A stretch of DNA of 64,000 nt from the NCBI RefSeq assembly GCF_009914755.1, contig NC_060933.1. One strand, given 5' to 3'. The notes below the pieces were generated by a model that saw nothing but the letters and a program-made list of their open reading frames with translations, ran no database searches and was not told where the DNA came from. A program made the position numbers and the translations under genes. Position 1 is the stretch's first letter. Each line of letters opens with the position of its first letter. Shown one piece after another: positions 26,417 through 43,769 of the stretch. The DNA is from the human T2T-CHM13v2.0 reference genome, Homo sapiens.

Positions 26417-26564
26417 ATAAGATACGAGAAAAGCAAGTGGGACATGAGCACCCCAAAACCTGACAGGCCCGATGCTGCTTTGGGGTGTGGATTTTGAGAA
26501 TATGAACCTTCAGTGCTTCCTAAATACAGAGGTTCTCAGCTGTTGTTATGTGCACATGGCCCTA

Positions 26565-27325
<761 letters not shown>

Positions 27326-27340
27326 AATACTAATAATACT

Positions 27341-27650
<310 letters not shown>

Positions 27651-28179
27651 TTAAAAACGAACATCTTTTGTGCAAAAGTTAAACTATCACATTATAAATG
27701 AGAGAGTTTGGCTAGCTGAAAACGAACAAATATGTGAATTCCTAAATTTTACTTCCCTTTTATACACAGTTTCTGATGCTCTACTTCCAGCATTTTTCTT
27801 CTCATCCTTTAACTTTGTTTTTTTGCTTTCATGATTGATGCCTGATGCCTGACTCCAGCTGTGGAGGGGCTGATGGACCGCTTTTACAGCCTGGGATCTT
27901 CATCTGCATCTCAAATGTGTGATCATATGTTTCTTACCCCTAGGTTGGCAAGCTTATTAAAAATATTAGCATTTATATGCTAAAAAAATTATGAAGTCAA
28001 CATGAAAAGACTCATGAACTTACAAAGGTTTAGAACAGTTTTTTGCATGTTGTCCTCGTGAAATGCAGGGAGGACTGCAAGGGACACCGTTGGAACAAGC
28101 TGGTGCCACTAGCTGATGCATAAACGCTGGAATTATCAGTTGGGTAAAAAGCAAGATTATTTTTTGGGATGACAGATGA

Positions 28180-28589
<410 letters not shown>

Positions 28590-28685
28590 AGGGGACTGGA
28601 TCACTTCTATCGGCCCCAAACATGGGACAACTCGCATGCTGTAAGCAAAACCCGCCCTGGGGCCTTTGACCTCCTCCTGTTGTGA

Positions 28686-29750
<1,065 letters not shown>

Positions 29751-29774
29751 GTAGGAGGTCCTGCCCGCCCTACT

Positions 29775-29930
29775 CTGGAGGCAGACAGAGCTGGCTTTGG
29801 GTCCCGATCTGCCACTCACAGACTGTGCTCCTGGGCATGTGACCTCACTTCTCTCAGCCTCAATTCCTCATCTGCAAAATGGGTTAATAATAAGACCTAC
29901 CAGGGGAGATGAGGCGAGATGTACTCATGA
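29775..29930 (+). mobile_element. MIR remnant
   Basis: tctgccactcac..ctgtg...gcctcaattcctcatctgcaaaatggg. Confidence 0.75.
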
Positions 29931-30402
29931 TGGAGAGATCCTGAGACAGGGAAGAAACTCACCAACACTGCGAGTGGCCATGGAATAAATGAGTGGGCCG
30001 AGAATGATCCGTGGGTTGGCAGCTGATGGATCTGAGGGAGGGAAAGGGATTGAGACAAACTCAATTGAGTGCTGGTTGTGATATGCAGCATCTCTGGGGA
30101 TCCTCACGACAATGCATGAGGTAGACACCATCTTACAGGTAAGGAAACAGCTCAGAGAAGTGAAGGAACTTGTCTTAGGCCACACAGCTGGGGAGAGCTA
30201 GAGATGAGCCCCCAGCCTGGGGCTTCAGTGGTGGTTGGGCAGCTGGGCCCAGGGATGCTAATTACGGCCATGGGTTTAGTGTAGACTTGTGGGTCACAAC
30301 CTCTTCTCTGCTCACATCAGCCACCTGGTTCTGAGGATATGATTGTCATGGGCTGGTGACGTGGAATAGGAAGAGGGGAGGCAGTTTGAAAAAGTCAACC
30401 CT

Positions 30403-30711
<309 letters not shown>

Positions 30712-30764
30712 TCACCCTACCCAGATTTGGATACATCCTCAGTTGAGGTACTGCAGATCTAGGG

Positions 30765-31310
30765 GCAGTCTCTAGTGGGAGGCCACAGGGCTCTACCTCA
30801 TTCAACAATTGCATCAGTGATTTGAATGAGAACATAGAAGCTATGTCAAGAACCTCTGTGTGTCTGTGTAGGAACAGGTTTCAGGAACTTGTTGGAGGGG
30901 AGAAAGTAGAATTGATTAGCTCTAAGTCAAATCTAAATAAAAAATACTGAGCATATTGGGTGATGGGCTGGGTGGACTCAGATAAAATTAAACAGTGAGA
31001 AACACAGAACCCTGCACCCATGTCCCTGAACCCAACTGCACACCTGAGAGACAGGTGGGCAAACCCTGTAGTGCCCAAGTGCCCAGGCAGATGCCCCTCG
31101 ATCTGAGCAAAGTCTTTACCCTCCTCTCCCCTTGTGAGCAGGATGAGGGTGGTGAAATTCAATGAGAAGAGAGTCAAGGGGATGAGTACTCAGACTATTG
31201 AACAACTTCCCAAACAGGTTGACTTTTGGAATACATATTTCCATGAAGGCAGGTCTCTCTTGGAATGCCACAGGGCTCTAGGATAGACCACCATGTTGTA
31301 AAAAACAAGC
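30765..31310 (+). mobile_element. L3/CR1 LINE remnants
   Basis: tctctagtgggaggccacagggctc...ttcaaca.t..catcagtgatttg resembles the CR1 RT region (SGVPQGS..LFNIFINDL). Confidence 0.55.
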
Positions 31311-31620
31311 TTTCGGATAAACTTTTCCTGGACAGGCTGGTTGAGTTGCGAGTTTGCATAGACAGGAGAGGGGACGCTGAGACATACTCCTGCAAGGACG
31401 AGGGTGGCTCAAGGTGTGCTTGTTAGTACTCCCTGGCCTGAAGCAGGGCTGGGGTCTCTCCTTGGTGAAGTTGATGGCTGTGGTTTCCTAGGCGGGTCTA
31501 CCTTAAAAGCCCTCAATGTCCCTGCCTGCCTTGGTTACAACTGCAGGTGCCTGGCCCATCACAGGAGCTCAATGGGTGAATGGAAAGTGATCCGTAAACT
31601 TGGGGGCCCTCCATCTCGGG

Positions 31621-32145
31621 GTGTGGTGTATGTGCCTGCATGCATCCATGTGTGTATGCATGTGTGCGTGCATGCATTTTTATATGTGTGTGCGCATGCA
31701 TGTGTATGTGTGCATGCATGGATGTGTGTGCATGCATTTGTGTATGCGTGTGTGTGCATTCGTGTGTGTGTGCACGCCTGTGTGCGTGCATGCATGTGTA
31801 TATGCGCATGTGCATGCATGCGTGTATGCATGCATGTAAGCATGTGTGCATGCATTTGTGTGTATGTGTGTGCACGCCTGTGTGTGCATGCGTGCATGTG
31901 TGCATGCATGTGTGTATGCGTGTGTGCATGCATGTATGTGTGTATGCGTGTGTGCATGCATCCATGTATGTGTGTGTGCGTGCATCCATGTGTGTGTGCA
32001 AGCCTGTGTGCATGCATGTGTGTGTGCATGCATGTGTGTGCGTGCATGCATGTGTGTATGCATGTGTGCGTGCATTCATGTGTGTGTGAGTGTGTGCATA
32101 TGTGCATGCATCCGTGTATGTGTGTGTGTGTGCGTGCAGGTGTGC
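31621..32145. repeat. Degenerate (TG)/(CATG) alternating purine-pyrimidine array
   Basis: ~520 bp of tgtg/tgca/tgcg/tgta units. Confidence 0.97.
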
Positions 32146-32274
32146 AGTCTCCTTTTCCTGTTGCCTTTCTTCCCCAAGGCTGGGCTGGTGCCCGGAGGGT
32201 GGGGTCAGGCCTGGCAGTTCCACCCCGTGCCGGTGGTGACAACACAGATCCTCCCGTCTCCACCAGCATTTACT

Positions 32275-32360
32275 TTAATTGCCCGAAAATTGACGATAGA
32301 TGCAAGGAAAATAATGAGGCCTAATTATGTTAATTAAACGGCTAATTCATTAATTAACGC
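32275..32360. promoter_or_regulatory. Dense homeodomain-site cluster
   Basis: TAATTG, TAATGA, TAATTA, TTAATTAA x2 and TAATTCATTA within 85 bp of GC-rich surroundings. Confidence 0.5.
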
Positions 32361-33413
32361 ACTCACATCCTTGGCTTGGAGAGCCCCTTCATGGTGGCCG
32401 GTGGGTTGGTTCGGTTCCAGCTGGGGAGGAGGGGCCCTGCCTGGGGGCCAGGGGTTGGGTTGCCCTCCTGGGCGGGGGCCACAGAAGCTGGGCTGCCAGG
32501 GGTGCCTCAGCTGCTCCTCCTTGGATACTCCCCGTTCTGAGCCCCTGGGGGCTGCTCCCTTACAGTCTGCAGTTTACAAGAGTCTGGGAAGGGGCTGGTG
32601 GGCAGAGCTGGGCCTGGGTCTGTTTTCCCCAGGAGCCTCCTGGTGACTTCTTGGTGGCCTCCCATCCCGGAGGAGGTGGTGTGGATGGGGAGAGCCCCAC
32701 GGAGAGACAGTGGGCGGGTCCGTCCAATGGGGACAGCTCAGGTGGCTGCAAGACCCACAGACGGAAGGACATGTTGCCCAGGAGAGTGGGACGAGCCTGT
32801 GGCTGGGACGGTCCAGGAGCCCCTTCTGTCCTTGAGGGACCACCTGGTATCTAGACCCCTGTGGATAAGAGCAGGGTAGCAGAGGCCTGGAAGCTGTTGG
32901 CAGCTTGGCCCCTGATTTGCTGTGACCACAGAAGGGTTGACCATGGCTCACAGGACACAGACTAGCTCCTCACCATGCCTTCCCCACGGCCTGCGTGGTG
33001 GGCTGTGCCCGTGAGCAGCCCCAACTCCTGTTCTCTGCCTCCCTTTGCTCCTCTTCCTCAACCTTAAGATCTCAGCCTCCAGTCTGTCTTTGAGTCAGAA
33101 ACCCTAATAGGCCCTCCCAGAACCCTGTTTTTTTGTGCGTTCACAGTCCTTGGCACCGTTTGCAATGGTAGGATTACGCGTAATCCATTCTGTTTCTCTC
33201 TCCCCAACAACCTCCTGGGCCCTGCAGAGTCCACAGAGGATCTAACTCCTTGCTGAACCCCTAGGACCTAGCTCGGAGCCTGGCATGCAGTAGGCACTCA
33301 CGAGCTGTTTGGAGAAGAAATCACCCGTGAATGTCAGAGTCTGTGGCATGAGGGGCTTTGTCACCAAACCCTGCTCCCGCTACCTACCAACACCGTCACA
33401 GCCAGTACCATAT

Positions 33414-33719
33414 CCTTCTTCTTCTTCTTCTTATTTTTTAGAACGAGTCTCGCTCTGTTGCCCAGTCTGGAGGGCAGTGGCGCGATCTCGGCTCACTGCA
33501 AGCTGCGCCTCCTGGGTTCATGCCATTCTCCTGCCTCAGCCTCCCGAGTAACTGGGACTACAGGTGCCCATCACCACACCTGGATAATTTTTTGTATTTT
33601 TAGCAGAGATGGGGTTTCACTGTGTTAGCCAGGATGGTCTCGATTTCCTGACCTCATGATCCACCCACCTCGGCCTCCCAAAGTGCTGGGATTACAGGCG
33701 TGAGCCACCACGCCCGGCC
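33414..33719 (-). mobile_element. AluY-like with (AAG)n-derived tail
   Basis: gcaagct..gccattctc, ttagccaggatggtctcgat diagnostics; TSD agcc(a/g)gtaccatat at 33400-33413 and 33720-33733. Confidence 0.96.
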
Positions 33720-34434
33720 AGCCGGTACCATATTATTAAAACCATTTATCTCTGGGTCCTTGCTCAGGACCTGTGAAGTAGGGCTGAACTTCATAGTCAC
33801 ACACTCAGATGAATAACGATGTCACTTGAGGCCATGTGGAGAAGAGGTTATGGGTGGGGTCTCGGCGTTGAACACTGACTTCACCACTTCCAGGCTGTGT
33901 GACCTTATGTGAGTGTCTTAACCTCTCTGGGCCTCAGTGAGTGCTCCTTTCTTGCAGGTGTTGTGGGCTTCAAGTCAGACACTGTGCAGAGTGCATGGAC
34001 TGGGCCTGGCAGACGCAGTGCCCAATCATTTAGCTTCTCTACTTTCTTCATTTTCCCTACTACTTTCATTTTGAACAAGACCTTATTCTTCCTGATGCCA
34101 AAAATATAATCCAGGTAAAGCTGGTCAAATTCAGGATTTCTCCGTCTGGTGGAAATGTTCATCATAGGAATAGGTTTGCTTGTCCCCCGTCCTCTTCTTG
34201 GGGCGGGTGCTAAGCTTCTTATCAAAAGCTTCCATATGTGGAACCAAGCAGACAAGGTTGATTAAAACACTGCAATCAGAAAACCTGACTGTGTGCACCA
34301 GGGCGGACTAGAAACCGCTCCTCCTGGTGTGCGTCAGGGTAGGGACTCAGATCACGCCGGACTTTATGTGTTTTTGATGCTGGTGTCATGGGTTTTTGGC
34401 TTCATTTTGATTTTTAAAAATATTGCTGAGTTTT

Positions 34435-34767
<333 letters not shown>

Positions 34768-36053
34768 CTAATCCTCGCCTCCAAGGTCCTTCCTCAGCTG
34801 CTTCCCTCTTCCTCCCCTCCCCTACTCCCTTCCTCACCTACCTCCCCCAATGTCCTTGTGACCTCCTCTGATCTCCAGTTCTCACAAGAGGCTGCTAGGA
34901 GTGGGCATCCCGGTGGGACCCAGGAGGCGCCAAATTTCTCTTCTTTGGGACCCCAAACCCATCTTTTGAGGTCTTGGGTCACTTTTCTCCACTTCACCCA
35001 GGAATCTTCTTGGAGAAGAGTGGGTAGGGGAAGCAGCGTGTGGAGGACAACCAACCCCTCTCCTCTTTCCTCCAGGTTGCTCTTGCCTGCTGTCTGCCTC
35101 CACTGGGGGCACGAGTGGGGTCAGGGGATAGATGGGTGGGGAGCAAGCTGGAGAGGTGTTTTGCCTTCTCTCTTTTGCCTTCCAATCACCCCTGCTGAGT
35201 TCTTGCACCGAGGTTTGACACCAAAGCTAGGACTGTGGCATCTTACTTCTTTGGTTTCTCCATGGATGATTCCTAAAGCCAAGTAGGGCCCTCCTGGCTG
35301 GGTGCCTTGATGAGGGACAGCCAGCAGGAAACAGGCAGCATGGGCTCCAGCCCCTTCCCCCACAGCATCCCACTTCCCCTGGCACCTGGGGCCTGGCTGG
35401 AAACTCCTTCAGCTGCCCTGGAGGTGGCTTGAGGACAGAGCCTTCCCTCCAGCCAGTCGTGGCTGGGGAGACCACTCCCCAAGGTCCTTGAGGTCAGCCA
35501 ACCACACATACAGGGCCTCCAAATTGCAGCCACCCAGGATCAGAGGGCGAAGGTCTTGCAGGGAGGGGAGAGGAGGGGAGCTCCGGCAGGTGCCAGGTGG
35601 AATTCAGCACCGTTTTCCAGGAGAGGGAATCGATTGCTTTATTGCTGAGACTTAATTTGAAGAAAGTGAAACTAAAGCTTCATAAGAAATATGATTATTA
35701 TAAAATACTTAAGCCTCTGCCTGGGGGTCCTGAGCCCTGCTTGTCTCAGCCCTGTCTGGGATAGCAGGAACCACAATCTCACTCTCTAATTGGAATGGAT
35801 TTCAAAAGTGCAATAAAAGCAACCACCTAGATGTAGGAACCTGTCGCTTGGAGCTGTCTCTGGGCAGACTTGATGAATGTGGGAATTGTACAGAGCTCTC
35901 ATCTCCCGATCTCTGCCCCCCAGGCCTTCCTCCCCTCCAAGAGTTGATAGTAATAACAATGATAATAATCACAATAAAAGCAGCTGAACATTTAGTGAGC
36001 ACTCACCCTACACTGAGCTCAGCCTTTGTAGGCACTGTGACCCCACGAGGAAA

Positions 36054-36999
<946 letters not shown>

Positions 37000-37120
37000 G
37001 GTAGGTTACCACTATTATACCCATTTTACAGATGAGGAAAATGAGGCTCTGGGAGGGAAAGCTTCTCATGCAGGGTCACAGGGCCACGGTGGAGCTGGGA
37101 TTCAGAGCTAGGCCTTTGTG
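37000..37120 (-). mobile_element. MIR remnant
   Basis: cccattttacagatgaggaaaatgaggctc...ggtcaca...gagctgggattc. Confidence 0.8.
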
Positions 37121-37167
37121 CTTCCTGAGTCTGTGGTCCTAGTGACCCCTTTTCCATCTGTGCTTGA

Positions 37168-37588
<421 letters not shown>

Positions 37589-39739
37589 CCAATTCTCATT
37601 AGACCAGGAATGGACACTCCCTTGTTCAGTTTTCACTCTGCCCTCTGAGGGGAGGCCTGGTGTCCCCAACTGGTAAAGGGTGGGGCAGGATGCAAATCAA
37701 GCCCCTCAGAACTTCCCCGGTACCACGACCCCACATGTAGAACGGAAGCCTTGCTCCTAGCTCAGCCCTGCACAGGGCTGTCAACCTGAGACTCTTAATA
37801 ACCTCCTCCCAACTTTCCAGCCTGCTGTGGGACCATGGCGCCTGCCTGATGGCAGAATGGTCTGCTGCCTGGGTTTCCTGCCTCCCAGCCTCCTTTGGGG
37901 GCACATCTGGGGCATATGTTACCCTCGGTGTCCTGGTCCCTCCCCTGGGGTCCCCAGGAACCTGGCCAGTAGAATCTGTGCCCAGAAACACGCAGCTGTG
38001 CGATGCTCAGGGACTCACAGACTCTCCCCACCTGACTCCTTTTAAAGCTTTTTATTCTCGATTACCCAAGTAATACGTGTTCATTGCAGGAAAATTAGAA
38101 AATACAGAAAAGCATAAAGGAAAAAAAAATCAAGTGTAACCAGTTTAGAGGCGTCTGCACTCATTAGGGGTATAAACATGAAATGATTTTATTTTTCCCA
38201 ATAACTGCCACACTCTGCTCTCTCTAAACCACCCTCTCTCCCTTCCTGCTGGGTGGTGAGTCCATAAATGACATCTCAGTCCGATTCCATAATTTTCCAC
38301 TTTGGGTTATTAATACTGGCTCATTCTGGCATCGAAGACTCAGTCCCATGTATTTTAAAACTCCAACCCCACATTCTATTCAAAGTTTGTCCTCCTGTCC
38401 CTTCGACCCCCGCAACACTTTTGCCTTGGGGGGCAGGCTGGTCCACAGTCTAGCAGCCTGGGGGGGGAGATGCCCCCTTTCTCCCCACTCCTTCCTGGAA
38501 GTGTCTGGCTCTGGCACTGGGGAGACAGGGCTGGTGCAGCCTCTTTGGGGCTTTTGGCTGCTGATGCAACTTGCAACTTGTCCCTGGGTGGACGGCCGTT
38601 CCACAGGGTCTCCCGGGTGAGCCAGGGACTCCCGCTGGCCTCCCTCTCAGGCCTTGCTGGCCCCTCATGATTCAGCCACACCTTGTGGTTGGCTCCCAGC
38701 TGCAGCTTCCTGCTGAGTCCTTTTGTGTAGTCCCTCTTCCCCAGGCTGCGGTAGCCCCCTCAATCCCGTGGCCCTAAAACTGCTCTGCCTTGGTGGTCCT
38801 CAGCTATTGGGCCTGGGGGCACCTGCTGCAGCTAGGCGCAGAGCTTAGGCCTGGGCACTTGGAGGTAGTCCTCGTACCCACCCCCTGGGCAAGCCCTACC
38901 CTCTCAGCCGTAAGCCCTTTTCCTGGACTCCATGCGTGCAGGGGAAGCCAGGCTGGTGGTCAGGCACTTGGCCAGGAAAACTGGTCTCCCCTTCTTGCAG
39001 GCACCTGGGCTGGAGGGGAGATGCCCTTGGACTTGGGGAGGAAGTAGCCAAACTCTCCATCTCCAAGTGGAGGAGACGGAAGGGAAGGACTGTGCCTCCC
39101 TCTCGCGCTTCTGTTACCTGTGTCTAAAGAAGGGGCTGCAGGCACGCTGAAGTGCGCTCCTGGCAGCAGGCGGTTCTGGGGTCTCTGATGCCTCCATCTC
39201 CCAAGGAGTCTCTTCTGGTGCCCTGGCCCAAGTCCTTTCACTTGGCAGAGTCCATCTAGGGGGTGACCACCCAGCAGTGAGTGGTGGTCCTCCTCTGTCT
39301 CCAGAAACCTTCTTCCCATCCCTGGGGGAATCCTTGGCAGTCCAGTTTATCCCATGTGCTGCTTTCCCCACCCTCCAGGCGGATTGGATCAGAGATGAAT
39401 ATCAGACCCCAAACGGGCCTGGGACAAGAGGTCTCTTCAGGGGCCAGGACCAAAGCTGGAGACCTTGGGAGTAGGGCCTTTGCGTCTCCCTGAGAGCTGG
39501 ACCTCAGAAAGAGGAGGGGGAAGAGGGAAAGAGCCAGTTCTGAAGGCTGTCTAGCTTGCAGCTCTTGTCTCTCCGGGGTGCCTTGATATCCCCATGTCCC
39601 GGGGGAAAAATCCTCCTTGTGCCAGGTCAGTTAGAGAGGGTCTGTTGTTTGAAACAAGAGTTCTAACCAGTACCCAAATGCACGTGAAAGTCTATGCACC
39701 ATGTTTTATTACATATGATTAAAATGGGATCATAGTTCC

Positions 39740-40350
39740 AACATTTCCCTAATGGTTTATTGATGTTAATAAGGATCCTGTGAAAAAATGGTTCTATACT
39801 CAAGTAAGTTTGGAAAACATTGGTTGACTGAAATAAGTCAGATTTCGTTACCGCAGGACTTCTCAGAGCCTTTAACACGTCAGTGTGCATTTGTGAGTAT
39901 GCGTGTTGTATTATTCCGTTCTCATGCTGCTAATAAAGACATACCCAACACTGGGTAATTTATAAAGGAAAGAGGTTTAATGGACTCAAAGTTCCTCATG
40001 GCTGGGGAGGCCTCAAAATTGTGGCAGAAGACGAAGGAAGAGCAAAGGGACGTCTTACATGGCGGCAGACAAGAGGGCATGGGCAGGGGAACTCCCTTTT
40101 ATAAAACCATCAGATCTCGTGAGAGTATTCACTATCATGAGAATGGCATGGGAAAGATCCACCCCATGATTCAGTTACCTCCCACTGGGTCCCTCCCTCA
40201 ACACGTGGGAATTATGGGAGCTATAGTTTGAGATTTGGGTGGGGACACAGCCAAACCATATCACATGTAGTTTCCCATACTTATTTGATCACATAGACTC
40301 TCTGAGAACAATGTTCTGCAGATAATAGCCTAGGGAATGCTAGATAATTG
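39740..40350. mobile_element. hAT-Charlie-type DNA transposon remnant (split by THE1)
   Basis: taagtttggaaaaca..gcaggacttctcagagcctttaa ... tttcccatacttatttgatca. Confidence 0.55.
39907..40263 (-). mobile_element. THE1 (B/C-type) MaLR solo LTR
   Basis: tgtatta..gctgctaataaagacataccc...ggggacacagccaaaccatatca; TSD c(g/a)tgt. Confidence 0.95.
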
Positions 40351-40563
40351 TATTAGAACATGATATGTTTGCCATTTTCCTCATCATCTCTACTAATAAT
40401 TACTGAATACTTGAATTATCTCCATTCCTCCAGATGAGTAAACTGAGGCCCAGATAAGTTAAAAATTTGCTGATGTCACACAGAGAGGCGAGGAAGAATG
40501 GCCTGAGCCCCCTTTGAACCCCTAGATGGTGTTACTGGTTTCTCTACTTAAACTTGGACATCA

Positions 40564-40866
40564 TTTTTTTTTTTTTTTTTTTTTGAGACAGAGTCTCGCT
40601 TTGTTGCCCAGGCTGGAGTGCAGTGGCATGATCTCGGCTCACTGCAACCTCCTCCCCGCCGGGTTCAGGCAATTCTCCTGCCTCAGCCTCCTGAGTAGCT
40701 GGAACTACAGGCACCTACAATCATGCCTGGCTATTTTTTGTGTTTTTGTAGAGACGGGGTTTCACCGTGTTGACTAGGCTGGTCTCGAACTCCTGACCTC
40801 AGGTGATCTGCCTGCCTTGGCCTCCCAAAGTGCTGGGATTACAGGTGTGAGCCACCGTGCCAGGCC
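40564..40866 (-). mobile_element. Alu (AluS-type)
   Basis: Full Alu; TSD cttggacatc on both sides. Confidence 0.97.
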
Positions 40867-41969
40867 AACCTTGGACATCTTTTCCCATCTGCCAATAAGT
40901 CTTCACAAGTGGCGTATGGCAGTCCCTCTAATGCCTGTGCCCGACTTCCTGGCCTGATCCTCCTTGATGGCTCTTTTCTTGGGTTTAACTCCGCAGGTTG
41001 CATTTCCTGCAGAGCCATTAGCTGCCTGCCACTACTGCCACCTTTGTCTTAGAGAAGCCTGCATCCCAGTTGCCAGGCCCTTGGGAGGACTCGGCCTTTC
41101 TGGGAAATGCCTGACTTGAAGGGTTGAGGCTCCCTGGGGATGGGTGTTCACCATGGTTCCTCATCCAGCCCCTTCCTGCATCTCCCCAAGAGCCTGCAGG
41201 GGCAGGCACGGAGGACCAGTCACACCCACAGGCCACCCTGGGCTTGCTCACCCTGGCCTTGCCACAGCAGATTGGATCAGAGGCAGGCACGTGACACAGT
41301 CCTGGTTTGGAGTTGGGGTTCAGAACACCCTCCAGGCAGATCCCGAGGGTGCTGAGTTGGCACATGGGCACAGAGGAGCAGAAACACCCAGGGTGCAGAG
41401 GGCAGAGAGGGGAGGAGAGAGAGACAGCGACGGAGACTGAGAGAGGCGGGGAGAGACAGGACGTGGCTTCCGGGGCTCCCCACAGCTCTCAGACCCAGTT
41501 CCAGTCCCTTACCAGGCCTGGCTGCGCTTCCCATCTTTAGGTTCTAGAAGATTCCCCTTTATGCTTCCAGTGAATTCCTTACTTCCCCTGACTTTCGTGT
41601 GTATATGCTTCTCTTAATTGCAGTCCAGGGGTCTGCTCAGGTTCTGTCTTGCAGGATTATGTCAGCTTCTCCACCACCCCTTGCTCCCTTGAAATTCCAA
41701 AGGACTGGGGGTTCCTCGGTGACAGCATGGGTGTCACTGCAGAGGGCTGGGGTGGGACAAAACCTTGGTCCTGTGCCAATGTGATGGGTGGGAGTCTCAC
41801 TGCGGCCTCAGCCTCAGGCCCTACTGACCACGGTTTGGGAACAACCCCACCCTGGAGGGCCCTCGGGGATTTGCAGGCCTGGGGAGATGGTGAACCCTCC
41901 AGGTCTCCCATCAGAGGCACAGCTCCCACCTTGCCTTGGGCTCAGTTCTGCACCTCCCAGGTGAAGCAG

Positions 41970-42720
41970 CCAACACCCTGGCAGGAAGCTGATGGCAGGT
42001 GAAGAGGTTTTTGGCTTTGTGGGGTTTTTTTTGAAATAGGATCTTGCTCTGTTGCCTAGGCTGGAGTGCAGTGGTGTGATCACAGCTTGCTGCAGCCTTG
42101 ACCTCCTGGAGGAGGTCAAGTGATCCTCCCGCCTCAGCCCCCCAAGTAGCGGAGACTACAGGTGCATGCCACCACACCCAGCTAATTGCTTTATTTTTTG
42201 TAGAGATTGAGGTATCACTATATTATCAGGCTGATCTTGAACTCCTAGGCTCAAGTGATCCTCCCACCTCGGCCTCCCAAAGTGCTGGGATTACAGGCAC
42301 GAGCACCACACCTAGCAGTTGAAGAGGTTTTAATGAGGCTTTACTTAGAAAGGCATGGGCAGGCTCAGAGGAGACCAATGTGGATGGTCTGAGATCCCAA
42401 CCGTGGGAAGTGACATTCCTCTCTAGGCTGAGGGACATGGGAAAAGAGCAGAGGGCTGTCCCTTAGCAGTAGCTGAAGGGAAGGGTTTTCCTGGTGGGTC
42501 TTGTGTCTCTTGCAGAGGAATGAGGCACTGCCAACCCAGAGCCCAGCAGGAATAGAGCTGGGGGAATAAATGCCCCAATCCTTGTCCCCAGTGCCTGTCC
42601 GCATCTCCTGCCAGTGCTTCCCATAGGCTGAACTGACAGCCAGAGGGCAAGACAGCTGGATGCCATCCATGAAGGCCCATAGAGCAGGGCAGAAAAGAGA
42701 GTGGCTCTTGAGGGGTGATG
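41970..42720 (-). mobile_element. LTR33-like ERVL LTR (split by Alu)
   Basis: catctcctgccagtgcttcccataggctgaac..gccagagggcaag. Confidence 0.6.
42012..42316 (-). mobile_element. Alu (AluJ-type)
   Basis: TSD ag(g/t)tgaagaggtttt at 41997-42011 and 42317-42331. Confidence 0.95.
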
Positions 42721-43158
42721 GAGGGCAGCCAGCTTAGGAGGCTCAGAGCCACCAATGCCAAGGGGGTCTCCTTAGGGAGCGGTTCCCTGCTAGCCTCAGG
42801 CTCAGATTTCCTGCCACTCCAACACCCTCCTTCCTTCCTGCACGCATAGAGCATCCTAAGATGGCAAGATAAAGCTGCTTGTGGGTGAGACAGAGATCAG
42901 CCTCTTGGTCTACTGTTGGATCATCTTCCTTTTTCTCTTTGGGTAGCCTTACTGATGCACTAGTCCAAACACCACTGCTAACTCCTTTAGGCACATACCA
43001 ACACACGCCTGGTATCGTCTGGGGTGAACTGAGGTCCTGACAAAAAATATATGTGAAGCATCGGAGCTATGACTGGGATTCAGCAGCTGCTCCATAAGCG
43101 GTAGATCCTATGATTACTATTTATCCATGAAGAGCAAGAAGAAGAATCTATCACACTA

Positions 43159-43663
<505 letters not shown>

Positions 43664-43739
43664 TTAGGTTGGTGCAAAAGTAAAGGCTGTTTTTGCAATT
43701 TTAACAGCAAAAACCGAAATTACTTTTGCACCAACCTAA
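43664..43739. mobile_element. MADE1 (Hsmar1-derived mariner MITE)
   Basis: ttaggttggtgcaaaagtaa ... ttacttttgcaccaacctaa terminal inverted repeats, 76 bp. Confidence 0.93.
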
Positions 43740-43769
43740 TCAAATGACTTAGGGGCTGATGGCCGGGCC

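Noticed and set aside
31404-32337. Cys-rich / His-rich ORFs resembling metallothionein or keratin-associated proteins
   Set aside because: Translation artefact of the (TG)/(CATG) array, open in most frames.
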